Below are positions 12,302 through 22,400 of a stretch of DNA of 64,000 nucleotides, one piece after another. How positions within the stretch are numbered: the stretch's first letter is position 1; the number at the start of each line of letters is the position of its first letter. Under the pieces are notes generated by a model. The model worked only from the letters and a program-made list of their open reading frames with translations, did not search any database and was not told the DNA's origin. Made by a program: the position numbers and the translations under genes. Source of the DNA: Octopus sinensis (taxonomy: Eukaryota); contig NC_042999.1 of the NCBI RefSeq assembly GCF_006345805.1, positions 69,192,001 through 69,256,000 on the forward strand, written 5' to 3'.

Positions 12302-12548
12302 TGAGGGTATGAGAGTGAGAGATATTGGTGTCAAGAAGACCCCAAAAGGTGTTGGGTAATGCTAAGTAAGTGCTATAGATAGACTATAGTTAAGCTCCAG
12401 GTTCAATAATGATGCGAATGAGGAGACCAGCGTGAATCATGTATTAGCATGCATATATATATATATATATATATATACATACATACATACATATAAACAT
12501 ACATATAAATTGACAGAATGAGCCTTGGATTTTTTATCTCATTCTGTC

Positions 12549-12636
<88 letters not shown>

Positions 12637-12664
12637 ATAGAGACCAAAGTGTACATACGCCGTT

Positions 12665-12870
12665 ATATCATCGTTTAACGTCCACTTTCCATGCTAGTAT
12701 GGGTTGGACGATTTGACTGAGGTCTGGCAAACCAGATGGCTGCACCAGACTCCAATCTGATCTGGCAGAGTTTCTACAGCTGGATGCCCTTCCTAACGCC
12801 AACCACTCCGAGAGTGTAGTGGGTGCTTTTACATGCTACTGGTACGAGGGCCAGTTAGGTGGTATTGGCA
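12665..12870 (-). mobile_element. RTE LINE 3' tail
   Basis: catcgtttaacgtccactttccatgctag..ggatgcccttcctaacgccaaccactccgagagtgtagtgggtgcttttac. Confidence 0.85.
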
Positions 12871-13095
12871 ATATATATATATATAATACAAAATGGGACA
12901 AGAATGCAAAACATTCAGCCAGTTAGGTGATAGAAAAAGGTACAACAAAACATCCAGTTAGACAATACAAAGAAAACAAGGAGTTTTTTTTTCCTCAGTC
13001 GAGTTCCAGATTATCTTTGTGTGTGTATCAAATAAAATGAGACAACAAAAGCAAGGCTGTGTGGAATTTATAAGACATTTATAAAGTGAAAGGAA

Positions 13096-13143
13096 GTCTT
13101 ACAGCTGTTTTGGGGATATTAGGGATATCCCTTCATCAGAGAC
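13096..13143 (-). ncRNA. Penelope-type minimal hammerhead ribozyme with a G12A mutation
   Basis: GUCU-CUGAUGA-A-GGGAUAU-cccua-AUAUCCC-C-AAAA-CAGCUG-UA-AGAC: 4-bp stem I, 7-bp stem II, palindromic stem III ACAGCUGU, GUA triplet. Confidence 0.75.
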
Positions 13144-15724
13144 GATATGAGAGAGTTAACTAGAGGGAAATAGATTAAGGATGTATCTTAATAGTGGAGG
13201 TACAAAATCAATCATTTCTGAGGAACAGAGGCCATTATCGTAGCAATAGAAAAGACAAAGAGAGAGAGGGAAGACAGAACACTTATGGGTTAGAGTCTGG
13301 AGTGTAGGTTTAATACCGATTTAATGCTGATACAAACTAAAGTAAGATTTTCCAGGTGTAGATGGAAGGTCACCGGAGAGAAGAAAAAGAAGAGCAAGAA
13401 AGGAGAAGAAAAAGGAGAAAGAAGACAAAGAACTTGAATGCGAATTTAATATGTGTATGAACTTTTGAAGCAAAGCTCTTACACCTTAATCTTTATTCCT
13501 TCCATCATGTTATCCCGACACTATGAATTTTTTCTAGCCCTAATCCTTAAATTATAGATATTCCCTTTCCCTTCTATAATCCCTAAACTATGGTTATTTA
13601 CTCTTAGGGTTGATTAAGTACTCAACAACAAAAACCAGTTTCCTTACAAGTCAACAAGCGAGTTTCAACATAGTTACGGAACCTGCTAGAAATAGCAGTG
13701 AAATATCCCTCAACTCACACTAAAAAGTACACAAAGGGTAACGTAGTCCAAGATATATATGTTTATAGGGGCCAGCAAGAGGCCAGCTGTCTTAGACCTC
13801 CATACTAAAGTCTGAATGAAGATTCGTAATCTCTCTTAAGATACAGTAATGGTTTTTCATTGCCTTTCCCAGTTTAGTTACAGTTAATTCCGATCTCCGG
13901 CCAAATTATTTTTGAGGCTAGGGGCCTATTTAACTCATAGACAAACTGACTGGTTCACATGATATTAGGGCATGTCTACACACCAGTGTGATATATGTCT
14001 AAGGGCCTGGCCTCCCATCGCTCCTGTATGTCTTAGCCGCAGGATGCCCCTTCTACAAATCCGGTCACGCTGCTTGCACGGATTTCCGTGACTCTGCCGC
14101 CATCCAATTCTATCATGAATTAAACTGGGAGTTTGAGCCATAATGAATCTTTCATTCGCTAATTACACAACCGTGGACACAGCCCCTATTGATGTATTGA
14201 AGGTACTCCCTTGATAAAGCTTGGTGACCCTGACCATTGATCTTATAGAACTCCTCCGCTCAGCATCAATGTAAGAGACACAATTGGCTCTGTTAAGTTC
14301 TTCCGCTGCCTTTTCACAACCCACCATGCTGCAGTCCCATGACATTGCCGTATCCCTGGCAAGATGACTGAACGGGTGTTATGCCTTGCATAAGGGCAAC
14401 CCGTAAATATGCAGATCACGGTCATCACTGTGTGAAGTATTTTAAAAAATATCCGCATACCCCGACCCTTCTATTGTTTGATCTACGACTAGGGCCCTTG
14501 ACAAACACTACCGCTCTGGGTCAGACTGGACAGTATATTAACTCCATGCTTTGCAAAACTCTTGAACTTCATGCTGGAGTTTCACCACCGAGTGCAGTGT
14601 CTTTAATAATGTAAAGCATGGTAATTTCTTTGCCTTCTTCTCAGTTATCATTCTACACAGGTAGGGAACTGCCTTCTAGAAGAAAACTGCCTGAGGCCAT
14701 CCCTGATTCTATGATACAAATTCGCTGTTTTAAAGTGATCTAAATCAAAACCATCTGTCAAAATTTCATGCTAATTTGTGTTCCAAACACCAGCTTAATA
14801 ACGACAAAGTCTTTTCTCGACATCACAAGAATTTAGAATCTTTCAGAGATATGAAATGAATTGTTAATAACGATGGTACACAAAGTAATTAGTTACAAAT
14901 AATAGCTGGATGGGGGGGGGGGAGTCGAAGGTTGCTTCTATCCAAGAGAGTTTTTGACCCACTACTTCACGTCCCCTTATTAAAAAGTTATTTCGTTAAA
15001 TTCTTAATTTATTTAAAAATTAATTGAAAGAAAGACAATGTATTTCAAGAGAAATATGGTAACAAAAGGGTGCAACAAGAACCAGCAAAATGATTTTAAG
15101 ATAAAAAAAAAAAATTAAACATGTGCAACTGAAATTAAAAAGTAAAGTTGTTTTTAAATTACATTAATAATATTTTATTAACGGACAAATTATTACCTTT
15201 TAAAAAGAAAGTTGTCTCTTTCACGTAATTACAGCTTTTCTTTTTGACTAGGAGCAAAACTATATTGTGACATACCTGTCTTGTTGTAATGAAAGACATT
15301 CCAGTCAGAAACATCCCTTAAAACCCTTTATCTTTTTTTATTCGGGTATTTAGTGTACCTTTCATTATATTGACCAATATATTACTCTTTTTCTAAGACG
15401 GTAGCAAGATTTGAAGAAGATTTGGCTGCTATTTCCAGCAGGCTGGTGTATATGTAAAATGAACCAGTGTCAGTCATGACTCGAAACCTGACTGCCATAT
15501 CCCTTCTTTAACAGCTTACCTTTTGTTCAACGACGGTTCGTGTTAATAAATAAAGATTGATTTCTAATATTGGCACAGAGCCAATATAGTTTGTGGGAGG
15601 GTAGAGCCTGTTTAAATTAGCCACAGAAAATATATCGATTTATAACAGCTTTTTTTTTATCACTCTCCAAAAGGATGTTAGTAATAAATATTTTTAAAAA
15701 AACATTTTAAATTACACACAACCT

Positions 15725-16040
15725 GACCCTCCGTCGGTTACGACGATGCTTGTTCCAGTTGATCCGATCAACGGAACAGCCAGCTCGTGAAATTTGCGTG
15801 CAAGTGAGTTAGCGCTCCACAGACACACGTAACCTCCTCAGGGAGATTCAGCGTGACACAGAATGTAACAAAGCTGGGCCCCTTCTGAAATACAAATACA
15901 ACTCATTTTTGCCAGCTGAGAGGATTGGAGCAACGTAAAATAAAGGATCTCGCTCAAGGACACAAGGCGCCGCCGGAGATCGAACTCGCAGCCTTGCAAT
16001 CGTGAGCCGAATACCCGAGCAATTAAGCCACGCGCCTTCT
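15725..16040 (-). mobile_element. tRNA-derived SINE with CpGs intact
   Basis: ctcgctcaaggacacaaggcgccgccggagatcgaactcgc (reverse B box region) and gttccagttgatccgatcaacggaacag body. Confidence 0.8.
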
Positions 16041-16417
16041 CAAATCACACATACACACACATACTTAGAAGAATATATTGAGTTCCTTATTTTTAGTTTG
16101 TAGAATTACTGAGTACGAAATAATGAAATAAAAGAGACATGCTATAAGAATAGAGAAAAGAATGCAAACACATTACCTTTTATTTATGTATGCATGTATG
16201 TATATATGTGTACAAATGCATGCATACATACACACATATGTATATGCACACACACACACACACGTAGCTGTTTTATTTTTAATAGGGCAAAAGGAGCCAA
16301 GATTTGTGCACGAAGGAAACCGGCGGCCCTTGAGTCGCTTCGTTAATTTTTACCGATTAACAGTGAAAAACACTCATGTTTTGAGTTGTATTTATCCTGT
16401 TTGCACTACCAAATCTG

Positions 16418-16468
<51 letters not shown>

Positions 16469-16639
16469 GAAAATGAACTTTAATACTTCTCATTCAGAAT
16501 AAAAATAAAGCCAAAAATAAATAAATATCGCAGAGGAAAAAAATTATGTAATGAAATTTTTTTTTTAAATGAGTAAGAGTAATAAAAGAAAGAATTTTAA
16601 CAAAAGAGAAGTAACTTACTCGATTCAACACAGGTAAAG

Positions 16640-18352
16640 TATACATGGTTTTTTTTAGATGTGGTGTGGTGGATGAGGAGCAGAGAGTTAAGAGAGAGTA
16701 TGGGAGAGAGGGAGAGAAAGATAGAGAGAAGGTGGCGGGGACGGCGGAGATGGTTGTTCCTTAATGTCAGTTTTGTCACTAAGTAAAAGACTGAGTTGGT
16801 AGGAAATGGGGAAGACTCACTTGGTGGCGGTAATATACATTCCAACAGACAGAATTGTTGTTCGTTTAATGTGGGGATGATAAACTTTCATATTTGTTAT
16901 ATTTATAAGTTTGTTTTTCATTTGTTTTTTTATGAGGTTCTGGAGCTGGTGGTAGTGGTGGTGGTGGTGGTGGTGGTGGTGATGGTGAGGTATTTGGTTT
17001 GATTACTGGTTGTGTAAGGGGTGAGATGAGGTGAGGGTGAGACTTAACTTGACAGGGTTGAGTGGCGGAGGAGATAGAAAGACAAGGAAAGTCAGGGAGA
17101 GAGAAGGAAGAAAGACGGCGAAAAAGAGAGAGAGAGCGAGAAAGAAAGACAGAGGGAGCGAGAAAGGTGGGAGAGAAGAAAGCCCGAGTGACAGAATAGA
17201 TAGAAAAACAGCGAGCGAGAGAGAGAGAGAGGATAGAAAGACGAAGATAGAAAGAGAAAGGTAGAGAGAGGGAAGATAAAAGGTAATGAGGAAAAGAAAG
17301 GGGAAAGAAAAACAGCTAGAAGAATAGAGCGATAATGAAAGAGAAGAATCGAGTGAAAGAGAGGATAGAAAGATAAAGAGAGAAGGGATAGAGAAAGCTG
17401 AATAAGGAATGGGAAGAAGTGACTGAAAAAAGAGAAAGTGAGAGAGAAGTGCTGAGTATAAGCATAGAGAGAGAGAGATGATAGGAGAGAAATAGAGAGA
17501 AAAGATGAAGTGATAGCGAATAATGCAGAGAAAGAGAGAGAGAATAGTGATAGGACAGACGAGAGAAAGATAGCAAGAGAGGGGAGAGAAGGATGAAGAA
17601 AAAGATATTGAAGGGAGACATTAAGAGAAAGGTGCACATATATCTATATATATATAAAGAGAGAGAGAGAAGAATGAGAGGAAAAGATAAACATTAATAG
17701 AGAGGTGGGGAGAGAGAGAGATAAAGATTAAGAGTAAGGTGGGGAAGATAGAGAGTAGGACGGAGGTGGAGCGATGTGTGTGTGTATACAAAGAGAGAGA
17801 GAGAAGGCGGAGGGGGAAAGACGGAGAGCGAAGATAAGAGAGACAAAGAGAAAGGTGAGAGAGAGAGACAGGAAGGGAGAGATAGATGATACTGATGGGA
17901 CTGAGTTTGAGATAAAGACAGCGAAAGAGGGGGAGATATAGAGACGAAAGATTGAATGATGAAATAATGAGAGAGATGGAGTGTTATAGAAAATACATGG
18001 TGAGAGGAAAAGATTAAAGCAGATGGAAAATGGAAGATAAACGCAAGGAAAAGAAAATATAGGAGGTGGAGGAGGAGGAGTTGCTTGAAGTGAAATGAAG
18101 GAATAAGAAGAGAAAGGAAAGAGGGTGAAGGGGAGGAATGGAGTGAATAGAAGTTAAAAGCGGGGAAGAGATGGAAGAAATGAATAGAGAGAAAATTGTG
18201 AAGAGAGGGAGAAAGAGGAAGAGAAATACTAGAGAGTAAGTGAGCGTGAAAGGAGAGATAGAAAGAAAAAAGATCGTGGGGATAGGAGGAGGATGATGAA
18301 GATAGATATGGCGTTAGAGAGAGATGGAGGATGATAAAGATAGACATAGAAT

Positions 18353-18393
<41 letters not shown>

Positions 18394-18500
18394 GGAAGTG
18401 AAAACAAAAGTAACAAATATAATAGAAGGAAGGAGAATATTTCAAAGAGACTGACATGATCTAATAATTGAATAAGCAGACTTCTGGAGAGGGAAGGGTG
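16640..18500 (+). repeat. ~1.8-kb purine-rich (GA/GAA/GGA) low-complexity tract
   Basis: Direct reading; source of the Leu/Ser/Phe-rich minus-strand ORFs at 17092-18416. Confidence 0.9.
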
Positions 18501-18594
18501 GGGTGACGGCAGTAGTAGTAGTAGCAGCAGTAGCAGCAGCTGTAGTAATAGTTGTAGTGTTGCTGTTGTTGCTTGTTTGTTTGTTTGTTTGTTG

Positions 18595-18932
18595 AGAGAA
18601 GCGGTCTTCGTCCCTTAGTGGGAGAAGTCCGAAACATGGTCCTTTGCTATTCGCAAGACCCGCAGAAGAGAAAGCAGGTCAACTCCCGACACCGAGAGCA
18701 TCGACGGATGGATGAATGCGCATCCAGGCTCAGCGTATGCGTAGGAAGTCAGGGACAAGAAACAGGAAGAACGAGTGAGAGAAAGTTGGAGCGAAAGAGT
18801 ACAAGGGTCGCCACCACTCCCTGTCGGAGCCTCGTGGAGCTTTAGGTGTTTTCGCTCAATAAACACACACAACGCCCGGTCTAGGAATCGAAACCACGAG
18901 TCCGCTGCCCTAACCATTGAGCCATTGCGCCT
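18595..18932 (-). mobile_element. tRNA-headed SINE with (AAAC)n tail
   Basis: Minus strand ggaggcgcaatggctcaatggttagggcagcggactc..ggtttcgattcctagaccgggcg; aaacaaacaaac tail immediately downstream. Confidence 0.8.
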
Positions 18933-19084
18933 CCTTGCTGTTGTTGCTGATAGTGGTGGTGGTAGTAGAGCAATGTTCGGTCTTCTGATTAATCCCTAAG
19001 TCAGGGAACTGACTGAGTAGACTTATGAGTTATTCCGGCCATGGTCATCCCGCCTTTTTGTATATAAACATTGAGATATATAGG

Positions 19085-19495
19085 CCTAAGCGTGGCTGTG
19101 TGGTTAAGAAGCTTGCTTCCCAACTATGTGGTCTTGTGTTCAGGCCCACTGCTTGGCACCTTGGCGGCAAGTGTCTTCTACTATAGCCCCTGGCCGGCCA
19201 ATGCCTTGTCAGTGAATTTGGTTGACGGAAATTAAAAGAATCCCGACAAGTTACGGGAACGTAAACAAACCAACGGCAAGCGATAGCGGGAGACAAACAC
19301 AAAACTAAGACACGCCCCCTTGACAACCGGCTTTCGTTTGTTTACACCGTCGTAACCTAGCCGTTCGGCAAAAGTAATTGATAGAATAAGAACCGGAGTT
19401 ACAAATAAATACGTGGGTCGATTTGTTGGACAAACCCTGCAAGGATGTGCCCCAGCATGGCCGCAGAAACAAGCAAAAGAAATAAAGATAAATAC
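19085..19495 (+). mobile_element. SINE family X, diverged but CpG-retaining
   Basis: gcgtggctgtgtggttaagaagcttgcttccc..gccgttcggcaaaag..gggtcgatttg..cagcatggccgcag. Confidence 0.85.
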
Positions 19496-19745
19496 TATAA
19501 TTTAAAAAATTCGAAACTCTTTTATTTCTATCAACAAATTTTTATGTAAACAGAACGATTGATTTTGTACCTGTCAGGTCTGTGTTACGATGGCTGATTC
19601 TGTCATCCGCCTGCATCTGACAAGCTATGTTTACATTTCAGCAAATACACGTGGAGCGAATGTTAAATGATGTCGTGGATGCTACGGTGTGAGCAGACTA
19701 CAATGGCTTTAATGCCGGAAGCTAATTTATGCTAACAGGCGCTTA

Positions 19746-20465
19746 CAGTAATTCCTCGACATACGAGTTCATTTGTTCCCGGAGACCGCTCGTAAAGCAG
19801 AGCAATAATTTCCCATAGTAGCGATGTTATAAATCGTAATTCGTTCGCGAAAAATATTTTACCTATAAAATTTATAATACTTGTAAATAAATGGCAATAA
19901 AACGACAATAGATTGTAAAGAATATTTTATGTAAAGTAAAAAGAATGACAAGATCATTTATAATAAAAATATTATTATTATAATTGTTTTCTAATTCACT
20001 ATTTCGGTCATATTATGCGGAGAAAATCCCTGGAGAAGGACATCATGCTCGGAATGGTCAGTGGCAAGAGAGGAAAAGGCCGACCAAGAACCCGCTGGCT
20101 TGACACCATCAAGAGGGATACCGGAATGGACATAGCCAATCTGAAAGAAGCGGCCCAGGATAGAACTGACTGGAGGACACTGATCCAACGAGTGACCGAG
20201 AGTCGACTTCGACTGAGCGGATAGATAGATAGATAAATAGAATTCACTTTCACTCGCACTAGACTCGCGTACATCATTATTTGCAGATGCGATTGCCAAT
20301 TCACAAGCACTCGTAGACGGAGTTGTTTACTTAGAAGATGCATTTTATTTTTCGCTAATTTCTGGGTAACACGCAGAAGCATTTGTTATGCTGGTAGAAA
20401 TTTTTGCATTTCATTCAAAATTTGGATCTTGTGCTTGAAAAATAAAACTCGGGGTCTCGTAAAGC
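19746..20465. mobile_element. Possible Tigger/pogo-like MITE carrying a nested RTE fragment
   Basis: TA-cagtaattcctcgacatacgag left end; internal ctcgtaaagc motif recurs at ~20457; right TIR not found. Confidence 0.4.
20005..20240 (+). mobile_element. 3' end of a BovB-like RTE LINE
   Basis: SLEKDIMLGMVSGKRGKGRPRTRWLDTIKRDTGMDIANLKEAAQDRTDWRTLIQRVTESRLRLSG* parallels the BovB ORF C-terminus (LEKTLMLG..RW.D..DREAW..SRTRL); (ATAG)n tail follows the stop. Confidence 0.85.
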
Positions 20466-20826
20466 GAACTTCTTGTGTAAAGAAGTTCGCTTCGTAGCTA
20501 TGTGGTCTTAGGTTCGGCAAATTTCTTCTACTCTTGCTCCGGGCTGACCAACGTGATGTGAGTCAATCTGGAAGACGAAAACTGGGAGTTCACATATAAA
20601 TGTAACTTCGAAGTCACTGTCACTCCCCTTCTTGTAACAGTATAATAAATATATGTCCTACGAGAAAGTATTGAGCAATTCTTCAATTTAATGCTTTTAT
20701 TATAACCTGACACGCGTGTGCGTGCGTGTGTGTATGCATGCATGCGTGTGTGCGTGCGTGAGTGTGTGTGTGTGTGTGTGTGTGTGTATGCGTGTGTGCG
20801 TGCGTGTATGTGTGTGTGTGTGTGAG

Positions 20827-20916
20827 CTCTAAACCACAACGCCATATGCCCGTGGCGTAGTGGTTAAGAACACAGGCTACTAACTCTAAGATTCCGAGTT
20901 CGATTCCAGGCAGTGA

Positions 20917-20992
<76 letters not shown>

Positions 20993-21289
20993 TCAAAAAA
21001 TACCTTAGGAATGAGAACCAGGTTCGAAATTCCCCCAAGACACCTGATGAAGGTTGGAGGGTATATCAGCCGAAATGTTGTGTTAACAACAAACAAGATG
21101 AGGACAAATATTCGTCGCAGGAGTGGCTGTGTGGTAAGTAGCTCGCTTACCAACCATTTCCGGGTTCATTCCCATTGCGTGGAACCTTGGGCAAATGTCT
21201 TCTGCTATAGCCTCGGGCCGACCAAAGCCTTGTGAGTGGATTTGGTAGACGGAAACTGAAAGAAACCTGTCGTATATATATGTGTGTGC

Positions 21290-21328
<39 letters not shown>

Positions 21329-21553
21329 TGTGTCTGTGCTTGTCCCCCCAACATCGCTTGACAACAGATGGTGATGTGTTTACGTCCCCGTATCTTAGCA
21401 GTTCGGCAAAAGAGTCCGATAGAATAAGTACTAGGCTTCCAAAGAATAAGTCCTGGGGTCGATGTGCTCGACTAAAGGCGGTGCTCCAGCATGGCTGCAG
21501 TGAAACAAGTAAAAGAGTAAAAGAGAAATTCCTCGTCTCTTTACTATAGAACT
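20827..21553 (+). mobile_element. tRNA-head + (AAT)n + hammerhead element, copy 1, interrupted by SINE X
   Basis: Inverted 5' arm 20827-44; A box tggcgtagtgg; B box gagttcgattcc; (AAT)n 20921-91; CTGATGA 21044-50 and GAAA 21072-75; 3' end resumes at 21526 after the nested SINE. Confidence 0.8.
21117..21525 (+). mobile_element. Full-length SINE family X with CpGs intact
   Basis: gcaggagtggctgtgtggtaag..ctcgggccgaccaaagcc..(TG)n..ggggtcgatgtgctcgactaaaggcggtgctccagcatgg..aaaagagtaaaagag. Confidence 0.9.
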
Positions 21554-21969
21554 AAACCTTTTTTAATCGAGGAAATTTGAGCATTGCTGACTCACATGGA
21601 TGCACACATATTTTGCAAAGAAAGGCAAAATTTGCACACACTGCAAATTTCTTCGCACATTTACAGCAACAAAAAAAATAACGAAGAAATATTACTGCCA
21701 AACCATTACATGGATCGGCTCGTCGTCGTAATGAATTTAATTCTTGGACTGAATGATGCATTATATTCTTAAGCAAGGCACTTCATTTCATGTTGCTCCA
21801 GTTTATTCTGTTGTAAATAAGTACGAGTCGGTTGCTCGTGCAGGCCACTGCCCCTCTAGCTATCACATCCTAGATGTTCCGCTGGGTCATAAGTCATGGA
21901 GCCGAGAGGATGTAGATGTCCATTCCCACCTTAACCTTTTTGTTACTTATATAGGCGAAGTCACGGCTG

Positions 21970-22125
21970 CAGGGACGGACTGAGCAGTCGGTCAATCGGA
22001 AACTGCCTGAGAGCCCGGAGCTCTGAAGGGCCCGCTCTCTACATGTTAACTCTACTGATATCAATGCTAAGAGGCCTGGTAAACAGTTATGCCTGAGGGC
22101 CCTTAATACTCTCAGTCCACCCCTG
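21970..22125. mobile_element. 156-bp hAT-like MITE
   Basis: TIRs cagggacggactgag / ctcagtccacccctg; 8-bp TSD cacggctg / catggctg. Confidence 0.85.
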
Positions 22126-22339
22126 CATGGCTGTATGGTTAAGAAATTTGCTTGTCAACTTGATTTCAAGTCCAATCCCACTGCGTGGTACGTTGGGCAA
22201 GTGTCTTCAACTTTAGCCTCGGGCCGACCAAAACCTTGTGAATGGATTTGGTAGATGGTGTAGCAAGCATGTATACAGTTTACCTTTTAGTGCCCACATT
22301 TTGGCTAATCACCATCGTTTTCTGCAAGCATTCACTCGA

Positions 22340-22400
22340 CCATACCCGTTCGTATCGATTGGATGCTTCTAGTCAGCCAATCAGAACACTTGCACGACCA
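22340..22400. promoter_or_regulatory. Candidate promoter: opposed CCAAT boxes in non-repetitive CpG-rich DNA
   Basis: attgg 22358-62, cagccaatcag with ccaat at 22377-81, DRE-like tatcgatt; motifs only. Confidence 0.35.

Noticed and set aside
17092-18416. Long hydrophobic ORFs (181, 107, 240 aa)
   Set aside because: Antisense of a purine tract cannot easily contain stop codons; low-complexity artefact
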